Shown here: positions 42,666 to 58,290 of the stretch, one piece after another
Layout: each line of letters starts with the position of its first letter
Numbering within the stretch: position 1 is the first letter of the stretch
Origin: the human T2T-CHM13v2.0 reference genome, Homo sapiens
Length of the DNA stretch: 64,000 nucleotides
Direction of reading: 5' to 3'
NCBI GenBank assembly: GCA_009914755.4
Contig: CP068257.2
Span: forward strand, 21,728,001-21,792,000
Program-made: the position numbers and the translations under genes
The notes under the pieces: model-generated
Told to the model about the DNA's origin: nothing
The model's input: only the letters and a program-made list of their open reading frames with translations
Database searches by the model: none

Positions 42666-45477
42666 AAATATTCTGGTGATGGACTGGCAATAAACAGATA
42701 ATGAGTAAATATGTGTCAAGTCAAGTGGCAATAAATTGTATGAGGAAAATTAAAGCAATAAATTGGGGAGATGGTGTCAAGGCATGGTTGGAGGATGGGG
42801 GCATGCTACATGGTAGCCAGTGTAGATTTCACTGATAGGTGACATATAGGAGAAACACCTGAAGGATAAAGTGAGTGTGAAACTTTATCTGAGGAAGAAA
42901 ATTATCAGAACCATATGCATAAAGGCCATGAGTTAGCAACATATATATTATGGTGGAGACACAACAAGACAACTAACAGCTCAGAGCAGAAAGAGAAAGG
43001 GTGAGAGTATAATATGAAGCCAGTATAGTAGGGGGGTGGCATTTGGGGAACACATAACATAGTCTCTTTATGGTATTCTAATAACTCTTCACTTCCATCC
43101 TGAGAAGATGAAAATCTATTACAGTAACATGAGGTGACGTGATGTGACTTGTATGTTTCAGGTGAATCACCCTGGTTGCTTTGTTGAGAATAGAATGTAG
43201 AGAGGCAAACCTGGAGGCAAGGAGAAGTCGTAGTAGGTATTGTAGCCATCTAGGTTAGAGGTCATGGCGACTTCAGAGCAGTACCTGCAAAAATGGTGAA
43301 AAGTGGCATAAGCAATGTCTTAAAATAATGTGGTTTCCTGGGAATGGAATCAGAATTCAATTACTATTAAACTGAAATCTGAGAAATGTAAGCATGTTGT
43401 TTCACAAATTGTCTTTTACTACAAAAATAGTTTTTTCACCTTAAAATACTTTGATTAATTTGTATATATGTGAATGATCTCAAATAACAAAAAATGATCA
43501 ACATTCGCAAAAGTATAAGCATCATATATTTAATATATTTTATTGAATTTAGGCTTGAACATAGTCTGGCCACAATCTTTTCAGAATATGACGAAAAGTG
43601 ACAAGGGAAAAAGTCTTATCTTGGCCACGGATTTCACAGAACAAAAACTAAAGAGATGTTACTGCTGTTTCTCCTACCAGATTTGAGCAGTGCTTTGACT
43701 ACATTATTGGAAAAATTCAATCCTGATTAAAACTTTTTTACATATTTTGCAAAATTCTTTAAATGGCTATGTTGACATTTTTCTTGAATTGAGGTCATCT
43801 TTTAAAATATATTAGAGATACTGAGTCACCTCTAACAATCAAGAATTAACTTGATGTTTTTCAAACTGAGTGCCATTACATAGGTGACTACCTGTAATAA
43901 ATGTTAATGCCTCAACTACAGACTTTGCTAAAAAGAAAACCTACAATATTTGGAATGTCTTAAATGAATAATAATTTAATATATTAGCATTAGATCTGCA
44001 CATTTCTAGCATTCATCTAAAGAAAGCAATAAAAGAAACGTGTAGGAGGATTTTACCTAAATTATAAGAAAGTCTCCCAAACCTACCTATAAAATAGTTG
44101 TTTACTTAAAATATCTTTAGAAATAGTGATTGACATTTTCTATACGCTAATGGGTAGATGTTTCTTGTTACTTTCATCTAAAGAGATGTCAGTTTTAAGT
44201 TTTATGGAACAATATTTTTAAAATATTAATATTAACTTATAAAATGGCAATTTTAGTAGAAACTAAAGGATTATTGTCTTTAAAAATATTGATAGGAATA
44301 TGATTGTGTTAAAATATTTTGTGTTCAGAATATGAGTAATACATTTATTAAAAATAAACATTAATCAACTAGAGGCAATTAAATTACTTCCAGAAAAGTT
44401 GTTTTTGATAGTGTTTTACTCAACACCATAGAAAAATATTTGGAGAGAAAATAACATTATGTATAACTATAAATTAATGAGGTCTATTTCCTTACCATAT
44501 GGAATGAGATTTTTTGGTTTTCTATATGCCTAACTTTTTGACTGATGTTAGGTCAGATTTTAAAAAGCACAATTTAAGAGCTCAGGCCTCACAGAGCTTA
44601 GAGAAAGAGTCATAGCAGTAATAATATAGTATGAGAGAGTACGTAAATAGGAAAAGATAACTTGTGTTTCTGAAGGAGACTCAAGAAAGCGGAGACTGAT
44701 GCAGTTTACAAGCTGTGTGAAATTTTTTTTCAAGGAAATAGGACTTGTTCTGCTCTTTAAAAGATGCGGAATATTGAGGTGGCTCTTTTAGTTTTAGGGA
44801 GTTACTATGGACAAGTTATAATTATTTAAATGCAACATGCCTGAAATGAAGAGATGTACTCTGTTGGATTCAGGATTGCTCATAGTCCTTTCTGTATTAG
44901 TTACTGAGATGCTGGAAGAGGGCGTTGGAGGAAAGACAAACACGGAAGGGCAAGAAAATGCAAGTGATAGGGTCTGATCAAAAGCAATTCTCATTTTCTG
45001 GAGAGGAAGGAATAGGAAGGAGTAATGACAATATCATTGTGAATCCTTGTTCTTTTATTTAGATTAATTTCTTTACCAATGCAATTATTTTATTCACAAT
45101 TTATAGTTTATGTGAATGATATAATCATAAAAATATATAACATTGTTTCTAATTATATGTATTGCCTCTGTATCTACAAAATTTGGTAAAAGCTAATTTT
45201 CTCAGAGGACAGAGAGAGAAAAACAGAGAGAAGAAAGAGAACTAAGGGAACATTCTGAAATGACTTTAATAGTTAAACAGCTAGTTTTTTGAGGTTAAAA
45301 TAATCTTGATAAATAATCATTAATTTTTCTGTCACTCTTTTTAACCCTGAAGAATAGCTTAATTGGTTAATAGCTTAACTCTGCCAAGCCTCTCATCTTA
45401 AAAGCAGAAATTTAGTGAAAAGGCAAAGTTTATGAAATACTTATTTTTTTAAAATGTAGGGGGGAAAAATGGCAGGC

Positions 45478-45600
45478 TGTGGGAGGCTAAGGCGGGACGA
45501 TTCCTTGAGACCAGGAATTCCAGGCTGTAATTCATGTAGTAAGCCATGATCATAGCCTGCGTGACAGAGTGAGACCCTATCTCTGAAAAAATTTTAAAAA
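45478..45600 (+). mobile_element. Alu right-arm-like fragment
   Basis: The run gggaggctaaggcgggacgattccttgagaccaggaattccaggctgtaattcatgtagtaagccatgatcatagcctgcgtgacagagtgagaccctatctc is followed by an A-rich tail. Confidence 0.7.
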
Positions 45601-47690
45601 AAGACAAGGTTGGGTGTGATCTGTTGAGTACAAGCCATTGACGCCTTACATTGATTTAGTAAATAAAACTGAACATATCATTCACTGGTAGTAAGAATAG
45701 TGTTAATTTCTGCAAAGATGTTTAATACTTAATCTCCAGCAAAAGGGAATGTACAGGAATGATTAATATAAAGATCCTGAGATGGGGAGAATATTCTGGA
45801 CTATCTGGATAGGACCAATGTAATCACAAAAGTCTTTATGAGAGAAATAGGAAATCAGAAAAGGAGATAACAAAGACAGAGCAGAGGTCTTAGTGATGCT
45901 GTTGCTGCCTAAAAGGGCCATAAAGCGAAGGGGTAGAAGGTGCCACCCCTGAAAAACGTAAGCATATTCTTCATTGAATCTCCAGTGGGAACATGACCCT
46001 GCTCACACCTTGATTTTAACCCTGTGAGATGCCTGTTGGACTTCAGGTCTCCAGAACTGTAAGATAATGATTTGTGTTAAGCTACTAAATTTGTGACAAA
46101 TTTCACAGCAGCAATAGGCAACCAATACAGTGCTAATCAAATACTTAAGTTATATTTTGATATGTTGCATTAGCAGTAGTATTTGAAGGAAATGAAAAAT
46201 GTGTTTTACTGTAGAATACATCGTAGAGCTCAGAGATGAACTGGAGAAATGCCTATTTTTTTTCTTAAAGGCCTCTAATCAGAGAAAAGATTAAGTAGAA
46301 GTAAGATCAGATAGCTAATAAGTTCTAGAATGGTTAAAAAAGACCTCACTCAAACTCTTATATACTCTTAGCTACCACACGTTCTTCATTCTTCTTTAAT
46401 CTAAACCTCTAAAGTGGGTTCTCCATACTTATGTACATTTGAATATGTTTATTGTTTTTAATTGACAGCCTTGCAGTTTTACCTTTACAACTAGATCTCA
46501 ATTGAGTTTGCACAAATAACAATCTCCATATTTCTTATTATTTCTTGTAAGATATCCATTTTTACTTTTTTCCCAAATTGAAACCAGGTGAGAAAATATT
46601 TTAAAACTTTAATATTTTATGAGAAACATAGAAAGGGTTATTTTTGAGCCTCTCCAGCTGCAATAGGAAGATTTTCCTGTAAGAACTGGAATACTAACAT
46701 ATTCTAAACATTGAAGTAAGTACTTCACTGGCAATGCCAAAGAAGTCAGTTACTGAATGATTTTTAAATGAAACATTTGATGAATTTATTATTGTATTGA
46801 ACATGACTTCAAAATGTGCTATACTGCCTGAGGGTTTTGTAGATGTTATAATTCACTTTAGTTCTTTGTATTCCTATATTAAGATCACAGACTTAGCAAT
46901 AAATAAGACTTTATATCAAAACAGCTCCCAATATTATAGTAAGCATGAGTCAAATATAAGAAAATAAACAGAGTGAGAACAGGAAGTATCAACGATGCTT
47001 GAATTTGTCATCTGTATTGATTTATGGAGTTACTTGTATAAACGTATCAACAGTTTAGCAAAAACTAAACCAATGCAGGAAGGTAAGAGTGTCAACAGTT
47101 TTCTGGCACACTTGAGTCAGGTTTTCACGCACAGCTTTAAATATGATATACAATATTCTGAATATTATATGCAGTGATACTTAAATATGAGAAAAACATC
47201 AATTCTCCTTATAAATTATTAAACCACATAGAATTTAGTAAACTTTTCAGATGGTTGGCACAAATATTTTACTTTATCATACAGATTATATAAATATTTT
47301 AAAATATTATCTATTTTAAGATTCTGGAATGGAAAAGAGACATTGACTATTGCCTTAAGATGAAGATAATTATCTAATTATGACTTTAATATTCATGTTC
47401 ATAAAACCAATTACCTTCAATGTATCAACCAAGTATCTGATGGTTATTATAGGTAATGGATCTAATGATTGCTCTTCTGATAATGGCAATATCATAGTAT
47501 TTTTAATTATCATTTAACATAATAATTACCACAATATTGTGGGCTGAACAATTGATAAATACATAAATTTTTTCATTAATTTATATTTACATTTTTATGC
47601 TATTTATCATTCTGAAATACTTTTATTCAGTCTTGAGATTATGTTAGTAAAGAGACATTACAATGAACAAATGAATTTAATATTCTTCCA

Positions 47691-48071
<381 letters not shown>

Positions 48072-48857
48072 TTAAAGAAAATCCTTTGAGCTTGGTTTCA
48101 CTAGCATTAATTTTCATAGTGAGGCCACAAAGCAAGAATCCCAACACCCAACTTTTTGCTGCTCCTCAGATATTCTGATGACTAGTAGTGAAATTGCCAG
48201 GAGGCACTTTATGAGCACATGTCTGATTCACTTTGAATTTATTGTTTCTGTTTTGTTTTCCTTTCTTTTTATTTCCTTATGTTTATTGCATTAGTTCTAT
48301 TTTCCATCATAACCCTCCTAGTTGGGCATGTCAAAAAGATTAAGAAAGACAGTTCATTTGTATCATTTGCTGTTTATATTTCACAGCCACACATTGCATT
48401 GAACAACATCCCATAGTTCATTTAAGAAGCCATATGAAATAAACCTGATTAAAGACTACAGAGAAAATGCAAACAGGATTGGGGCAATTTTCATTATTTT
48501 ACTATAATCTTGTTTGTGATTTGTTTTCACTCTTGTTCACTGTCATGTGTACCAGAGGAAAATTATAAAGGAAACAAATAACTAATTATTAGGCAGGAAA
48601 AAAAAAGACAGAAAAAAAATTCAGTCAACTATGCATGTTCTCTTCAAACATATTCTACTTTGCAGCAATCTGATGTTGTCTATTTTATATTTGGTCATAC
48701 ACTCCTTTTGAATTCTGTAGATTACTTATAATAACTGAATTTCCTGGGAGCACTTTAAATAAGACTCTTCAAGTTTGAGCACTTAACCCAGCAGGCTGAT
48801 TTGACAGAAAGTGCCAATTACAGGTACTAGAGAAACAGATGGGAAGTATTTGCCTCA

Positions 48858-48875
48858 ATAAATAAATAAATAAAC
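48858..48875. repeat. (AAAT)n microsatellite
   Basis: The sequence reads aataaataaataaataaa. Confidence 0.85.
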
Positions 48876-48900
48876 ACTTTAATAATATGGGTTAAAATAG

Positions 48901-49315
<415 letters not shown>

Positions 49316-49723
49316 AAAAAGAAGTTTTAACACATATGAAAAATCTACAACAAAAGGAAAAGTCTAAATTAAATAAGGAAATAATAACGATAATATTTTT
49401 AAAGCATTTATATATTTTTAAAATTTATATCTTTCATACAAATGCAGTATGATCATCAGTCACCTAATGAGTTTACAGTTACTAATATTGTTCCCATATA
49501 AGGTAGAAAAGTGTAGAAAAGTATGTAGAAAATATTTATCGAAAATCTATTCCCAGAGGGAAAATGCAAAAAAAATTACATAAAATAGAAAATATAGGAT
49601 TATTAATTCATATGAGATAAGATACTTAAGTATAATATATACTTCCTACCACCCTGTTCATGGAATAGTAATACTATGTAATTATGTATATCACAACTTA
49701 TAATAGTGTAACCTGAATGGTGA

Positions 49724-50072
<349 letters not shown>

Positions 50073-50650
50073 AGACAGCCTTACATTTGTTATATTTTAC
50101 AATGTATGTTTAGAAAACTAATATATTGAGACAATTTGTATTCACAGTAAAATATTTGAAAACTATAAATATTCTTTGTACCAGAGTCTCTGCTATAAGT
50201 TCAAATAAATTTAGCCTCTTTTGACAATATTGATGGAGTGTAGTTGGACACAAAATAGTCTAATCTCCATCTGAACCCACTTAATAGAGGAGAAAATGCA
50301 ATTGTGAGTTATTCCTATTTGAGAAAAAAATACTTTCTAAGAAATGAATCAATTTATAATAACAATATAGATAACAAATAGGTAGCAAAATAGTGATATT
50401 TGAATTAAAAAAACAAGGGCTTGTCTAAAATACAAAATATGTTTTATAAAATTAAGATTTTTGTATTCAAGATGATTTAATTACTAATCAGGTTAACAAA
50501 ACAATTACCTTAAATAGAAGAATTGAAAAGAATGTATTTTAAAGGATTATACAAAGATGTATGAGCAGTGAACAATTTTGTGGAAATAATGAGAGGGGCT
50601 AAAGGATGTAAGAAAACAAATAATGAAGTATTAAATAAAAAATACTTTTT

Positions 50651-50893
50651 GGCTAGGTCCAGTGGCTTATGCCTACAATCCCAGCACTTTGGGAGACGAA
50701 GGTGGGAGGATTGCTTAGAGCCCACACGTTTGAGACCAGCCTGAGCAACATAGGGAGACCCCATCTCTGCAAAACATAAAATAATTATGTTTTGGTGTAT
50801 GGTGGCAGGTGCCTATAGTCACAGCTAGTTGGGAGGCTGAGGCAGGAGGATTGCTTGGGCCCAGGAGGTAGAGTCTACAGTGAGCTGTGAGTA
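50651..50893 (+). mobile_element. Alu SINE (older, AluJ-like, 3' truncated, no tail)
   Basis: The sequence runs ggctaggtccagtggcttatgcctacaatcccagcactttgggagacgaaggtgggaggattgcttagagcccacacgtttgagaccagcctgagcaacatagggagaccccatctctgcaaaac...ggtggcaggtgcctatagtcacagctagttgggaggctgaggcaggaggattgcttgggcccaggaggtagagtctacagtgagctgtgag. Confidence 0.85.
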
Positions 50894-51747
50894 TAATTTT
50901 AAAGTATGTGATGAATTAGGGAAATATTTTATAAATGTTTATGGACTGCAGTGCCCCTTCGAATGTTGGGACCATTATTGCACTTGCTCATGGGGCTAAA
51001 ATCAGCAGTCATTCAGAAAACCAAGCAAGCAAACAAACAAACATCGCAGCAATTTAGGTAAAGAATGCAATTTCACCAACCTGATGAAGAGAATTTGTAC
51101 AAAACTCACCAGCTTAACTCCCAGCTGTCAATCAATACCAATCTGCCAATGTGTGGGTGAACGGTTTTGTAAATGGTCCTCTGCTGCCCAGCTCACGTTT
51201 CATGGAACAGACAGATTATCTTCTTTGCGCTCTTCCTAAATTCAAATTCATGGACTAAAATATGTGTATATTTTCTGTTGTTTAAATAGGCTAAGTTTTA
51301 AGGAGGCTTACTACTGCAGTACTGCTTTTGTAAGAGAGTGCCAAGCAGCTGGGGAAACATGATACAAGAGACATTGGTTTTGGAAAAAAGAAAAAGGCAG
51401 AAGCTGGAAGACCCTTGGGGTTAGTATTAAAAGAAGCCTAAAAGGCTTGAGAAAATTATCAGTAATGGCTTAACAGAAAGTAAAAAAAGAAAATGGAATC
51501 TGGAGGAAAGGAAACACTTTGTAGGTAGTAGCTATAAATAGAAAATAGAAATGTACAAAATAAATGTGGTGATCTAGCTAAGAGGATTTTCAGGAAGATT
51601 ACTGAAAATAATACCTAATGTTTGACTGACTGTAAAAAAAAAATGTGACAGGAGAAAGATCAACTAAGAAAAGTTAAAACTAATGGAGCCAGGATTTGTT
51701 GTATTAAAAAAATAAAAACACTTTCTCATTTCAAGTCTCTCCAGAGG

Positions 51748-52073
51748 GAAAATTATACTTAAATTAAGAACAGCTCTCAGGCTTAAGATCAAATCCATAG
51801 GAGGTTTAAAAGAGTATTTACGAATGCATCATAGCAAGCCACCTCATAAAAACCTGCAGACCAGAAAAAAACAAACCAAAGATCCTCTAAGTATCTTATA
51901 GATGTATCTTGTAGGTTCACTTTCTTAAAACAGTAAGTCTCAGAATCCTAACAGTTACTGGTTGCAGGGAGTTCGTACAATCTTGAAGGCATGTGTGGGT
52001 TTTGCTTTTATTAAATCGAGTGAATGATAAATGGATATACATAAAGGTCAGAAATATTGTAAGGCATTGTTTC
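51748..52073. repeat. Left arm of a ~326-bp inverted repeat (partner 53668-53993; about 90% identity; the spacer is ~1.6 kb)
   Basis: The left arm at 51748 reads attatacttaaattaagaacagctctcaggcttaagatcaaatccataggaggtttaaaagagtatttacgaatgcatcatagcaagccacctcataaaaacctgcagacc...ggttgcagggagttcgtacaatcttgaaggcatgtgtgggttttgcttttattaaatcgagtgaatgataaatggatatacataaaggtcagaaatattgtaagg. This equals the reverse complement of 53668-53993. Over a 104-bp stretch I counted 7 mismatches. Over the remaining ~210 bp I counted about 24. Confidence 0.9.
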
Positions 52074-52198
52074 AGCTTGGACAAAAGGAACAGAGACATT
52101 ACCACTTGTAAAGAGGATATTGACATAAAATTATTAATATAACGAATTTAGATGAGAGATGTTAAGAGGTGTTATTGTTAGAGTAGGAAGATAGGCAG

Positions 52199-52781
52199 AT
52201 GTGAGCAGGGCAGCAGAGCTCCCCCAACCCCTCTCCCCCACCATAAATGTCAGGCAACCATCAGGTGATGGTCAGGCGGTTGTTAAACTGTCTCTCTAAA
52301 TAATAATGGGTCACAGCCAGCGCCAGGGAATGGCAGTCTCCCAGTAGTTAGAAAATACTGGAAGCTGGTGATCAGCACCTTCCCAATAAGAACTCAGGAG
52401 CTGGACACGTGGGCTCAAGCATGCGCACTAAGGGGCAAAATGCTGGCGTTTAACTGGTTATATGACCTTCCTCTGGGAACACTTGACTGGGTAAGTGAAA
52501 ATGCCTCAAATGAGCACGTGCATAACTTGAGTAAACACACTGTGTGTGTGCCCCTTTGCAAGTTGCCAGCAGGCCACTGCACATGTGAACCCTAGGAAAA
52601 TTCGAGGGAGGAGAGAGGTAATCCCCCGCCCCAAAACGTGCCAACATATAAAACCTGAAGTCAACGGTTGAACAGCGGATTTGGAGCTCTCAAGTTGCCC
52701 TTTTGTCCCTCTTCCAAGTGTAATTCATTTTGTTTATGTCCAAATACGTTTTAATAAATTCTCCTGCTAAAAAACATGTCT
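52199..52781 (+). promoter_or_regulatory. GC-richer, LTR-like segment with a TATA box and a downstream polyadenylation signal (candidate solo LTR U3-R)
   Basis: The motif ccaacatataaaacctgaagtcaacggttgaacagcggatttggagctctcaagttgcc lies about 95 bp upstream of gttttaataaattctcctgctaaaaaac. This is a retroviral-LTR-like arrangement. I do not recognise the family. Confidence 0.35.
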
Positions 52782-52782
52782 C

Positions 52783-53667
<885 letters not shown>

Positions 53668-53993
53668 CCTTACAATATTTCTGACCTTTATGTATATCAA
53701 TTTATCATTCACTCTATTTAATAAAAGCAAAACCCCCACATGCCTTCAAGATAGTATGGATTCCCTGCAACAATGACAGGATTCTGAGACTTACTCTTCA
53801 ACAAAGTGAACCTACAAGATACACACATAAGATACTTACAGGACCTTTGGTTTGTTTTTTCCGGTCTGCAGGTTTTTATGAGGTGGCTTGCTGTGATGTA
53901 TTCATAAATATTCTTTTAAACCTCCTATGGATTTGATCTTAAGCCTAAGACCTGTTCTTAATTCAAGTATAATTCAATTTCAAAAAGAGTCAA
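53668..53993. repeat. Right arm of the ~326-bp inverted repeat (partner 51748-52073)
   Basis: See the left arm at 51748-52073. Confidence 0.9.
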
Positions 53994-55879
53994 CAAATAT
54001 TCTTGGGAAGTTTTTCATTAAAACACCTTGAACCCACCTGCTTTTGCCATTCTCTGGCTCATAGAATGCTCACAAAATATGGCTGTGCCAGGTGTGATCT
54101 GCTCCAGCCGGAATCTCAGTTTTTGTTTTGTGCAAGGGGATTTATGCTTTGGTCGCTTTGTTCATTGTTTCATATATATTGTAAAGTCTAGGAGGAAAAT
54201 CTCTACCTTCACCAATAACACCCTCATGACGCTTCCCTTTGCTGGACTTGAATGTCTTTGTAACTCTCCTTCATGAAATCATTCCTAAACTTTTTTAAAA
54301 AAATTTCTCCATTAGCTTGGGGAAGGGAGAAAAAGGAAATCTCAAAACATTCTTCCCCTAAGCTTATCAATTACCTTCTTCAAATTCAACCAATTCTATT
54401 CTCCAGGGAATTTCTGCCAATGTCTCATCTTCCTCTGACATAGGCTCTTGAGGTCATTTTGAATATCAATTAACTTACTTGTAGCAAATTCTGTCTAGAG
54501 GGTCTAGAAGACTTCTGTACAATAGAACTTAGTGAAAGTTACATGTGTAATTTTAAAATTGTTAGTCACATGAAAAAACTGAAAGAGAATTAAGTGAAAT
54601 TAATTTTAGAAATTTGTTTTATTTAATTCATAATACCTAAAGTATTGTATTCCCACGTTCAATCAATATGAAACATTATTGATGATATACTTTACATTCT
54701 CTTGTGTTTAATTTACACTTACAGTGTGTAACTTACTAGTCTTTAGTTAGACTAGTCACATTTCAAGGGCTCTATAGCTACAAGTGACTAGTGGCTACCA
54801 TATTTAACGGGAGGTTTACAAAGACTTCCTCAGGTTATGGGTTGGTGGTGGTGGGGGCTTATTTCTTATATTCTCAGGTTTCAGATAACTACCATTCAAA
54901 ATCCTGATGAACATGTAATGCATAATTGAAGGTAAGACTCAGTCATCATTTCCACTTATTTCAAACTTCATCAACAAAAGAAACAATATTAATTCTGCCT
55001 TAAGTATACAGAGTGGATCAGATCAATCCCTATATTAACTGACCCTCCATTTGATCCCTTGAAAATGTGAAAATAAATCAGGAGCAAAATGTCCTTACTT
55101 CATGCCAAGAAGGTTACAAGTAAATAGATCCCAGCATATTTTGTATCATTTAATTATAGCAATTGATGCCTTCCTGAAGTATATCATGTTATCTGTCAAT
55201 GTATTCATGAAGCACTCCCATCTCATTTACAAACCATCCCTTGCCCAGATGGCTAAGCACATCTAATTATCTTGAATAATAATTTTAGATGTCAGAGTTT
55301 TCTGACCTTTATAAAAATTAAGCATACTCATCTTGGTTCTCCCTACTGAAAATACTCTGAATATATAGTTATATATAGGCTTAAGATAATAAGTTTATTA
55401 TAATTACATATTTGCTCAGTGTAAGAGGACTATTTAAGTTATATTATTTTACCCAAATCATTTTGTTAAAAAAAACCTGGGGTACATGAAGTCTATTAGT
55501 CAACTGTAAACTGTAAATAACCTGAAATATTAATGCTTTGATCATTTTTAATTTTGATGCAAAACACTATATGTCATTTTATATGTATTTGTAGTTTTCT
55601 TGTGTTCATAATTTTCTCATATTTTAAGAATATTTGTGTTTCTATTTCAGTTTTCAAACAATCATTACTCATATTTGTTGTTACAAATATTTACAATCCT
55701 TAAGTGTCTACTAAAATCACTAAATGTTTACTTTGTACATGTGAAACTTGTAAAGTGCTGCAACTAGTTATGTATCAACTGGGGACTTGATTGTTATGTG
55801 ATGAAAATTTTAAAAATAGATTACACAGAAATTTCTTATTTTTTAAAGATTTTCTTCAATCAGTCAATTATCTATCATC

Positions 55880-56180
55880 AATCCCTTCTAATTATATATA
55901 TAGCTGAATGTCTATATACACATATATAGCTGATTGTATATATACGCACATGTATATATACAAGTGCGTATATATACACACATATACACATATAACACAT
56001 ATATAATGCTTTGATCACTCTATAGCTCAACCATAATAAAATTATATTTAAGAAATGTGCTAATTCATTCATCAATATTCAATATCACGTATGTGTGTAT
56101 GTATACATTGCATATATAATACATATACACATATATGGGTATATATACATTCAACTATACATAGAGACAGAGTGAGTGAG
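55880..56180. repeat. TA/TG-rich low-complexity block
   Basis: The region consists of atatatatagctgaatgtctatatacacatatatagctgattgtatatatacgcacatgtatatatacaagtgcgtatatatacacacatatacacatataacacatatataatg and similar words. Confidence 0.8.
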
Positions 56181-57282
56181 AGAAGTATGTGAAAACATAT
56201 TCATCAGTTTTTGGGGGGCAAGATGATAATATTTGATTAAGTGACTTTTTTGTTCATTTATATTTTACTTTTCTTAAAAAAATCAAGAAAATCATATAAA
56301 CTATCTCAAATAATATTCTTTTATGATATAGTATCAGATGAATTAACATATTCCCTATAGTTATACATTTATCTTATTCAAATTAATTTTTTATTAAATA
56401 TACAAACCTGAAGACATAATTGATGACAAATATTATTTGCTTATTTCCTTATGGATGTTTGGATATCTGCATTCTGTTTGTGACACAATGCATTTTACTT
56501 GGTTCCTTGATGTCAACCAATTCAAAAATTGAACTAACTTGCAGAAAAGGTAGATTTTTGATTAATCTACTTAATTGATAAATTACATTAAAAGCAATAT
56601 TAACAAAAAATAAGGCCAATTTGTTTGAAGACAGTTGTAATGAATACATAGGAGTGGAAGGTAAATAAACTTCAGATTTACAATCAGGAATTCTAGATGA
56701 CCATAAGCTGCTTACTGGACACAGGTGGCTGTTTTCTCAGGAGAGCATTTCATAATAGGTTTTAAATGAGGAAATGGGAATCATTAGTTTTAGATACTTT
56801 TGAAATCTCACAAGTGTGAAAACCTTCATACATCATAACTGAAATAATGAGAAGTGATTAATAAATGTCATTGACTTAAATGAGTTGCCAGATGCATCTG
56901 ATTCTCAAGTGAGCAGGAAAAATAAAATGCAAAAAAGCCTCATAAAATGTGTCATAACAGTTTGTGATAATTTATGTTAAACCACAGAGATGATTCCCAT
57001 TTCCAAACATAATGTAATTTTAGAAACCAAAGTTATTTATTTGTAGAATATAATCAAATTATATGTTTTAACATTTGAAAAATTGTATTTTTCTTCTGCC
57101 CCAAAGTAAAATTAGAAAAAAAGATGACAAAAATATGGATAACATGTAAAAATCTCTCATTTGAGTTAACAAGGAATAGAATGGATTATATATGTACGCC
57201 ATTTAAAATAAGTAGACTAAAAAATAATACATTACGAGAAGTTCATCTGTTCGGTGAGGATGTTTTTAAAATATTAATTTAT

Positions 57283-57415
57283 CCAGCTACTCGGGAGGCT
57301 GACGCAGGAGAATGGCGTGAACCCGGGAGGCGAATCTTGCAGTGAGCCAACATTGTGACACTGCACTCCAGCCTGGGCAACAGAGCGAGACTCTGTCTCA
57401 GAAAAAAAAAAAACA
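57283..57415 (+). mobile_element. Alu right-arm fragment with an A-rich tail
   Basis: The sequence runs ccagctactcgggaggctgacgcaggagaatggcgtgaacccgggaggcgaatcttgcagtgagccaacattgtgacactgcactccagcctgggcaacagagcgagactctgtctcagaaaaaaaaaaaac. Confidence 0.85.
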
Positions 57416-57839
57416 AAAACAAAAAACACAAGTAATTTATTAGATTTTATTTTAAAAACTAAGAAGCAACTTAGTTAATAAGCTATGCCATGATACATGT
57501 CATTGGACAGTCATTTAGCAAAGTTAAATTTTAGAAAATCGTGTTAAAAGAGCAAATTTTTCTTTTTCTATGAGAAACTTAATTTCTGGCAATAATTCAA
57601 TATTTTAATCGTTTCTTATGAATCTTTTTTAAATTTATAGAAATTATATAGCCCATCCATAACAAAATTATATTTAATAAATTATATAGCCCATCCATAA
57701 TAAAATTATATTTAAGAAATGTGCAAATTCATTCATTTTGCAAATCAGATAAATTTTAGCCTCATGCCAAATAAATATTGAGTTTATGTTCTTTAATATA
57801 AAGAAGGTTGTAGCATTTAAAATATCACCAAAGATATAC

Positions 57840-58290
57840 ATATTATATATAATATATAATATATAATATAATATATAATATATAACATATAATTATATAT
57901 TATATATTATATGTATAATATAATATATAATTATATGTTATACTATATTATTATATATATAAATATATATAATAATATATAATTATATATTATATTATAT
58001 AATATAATAATATATATTATAATACATTATATAATATATTATAATATATATAATATAATATATTATATTATATAATATATATTACATAATATATTATATT
58101 ATATAATATATATTACATAATATATTATATTATATAATATATATTACATAATATATTATATTATATAATATATATTACATAATATATTATATTATATAAT
58201 ATATATTACATAATATATTATATTATATAATATATATTACATAATATATTATATAAAGATATATAATATATTATATAAAATATATAATAT
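57840..58290. repeat. AT-only minisatellite, including about 6 tandem copies of a 31-bp unit at ~58060-58255
   Basis: The unit attacataatatattatattatataatatat repeats head to tail. The whole block contains only A and T plus a few C. Confidence 0.85.

Noticed and set aside
58060-58255. The regularly spaced 31-bp repeats, which could be taken for a CRISPR-like array
   Set aside because: The units are contiguous tandem copies with no unique spacers. They are pure A/T and lie in a eukaryotic genome. This is a minisatellite.
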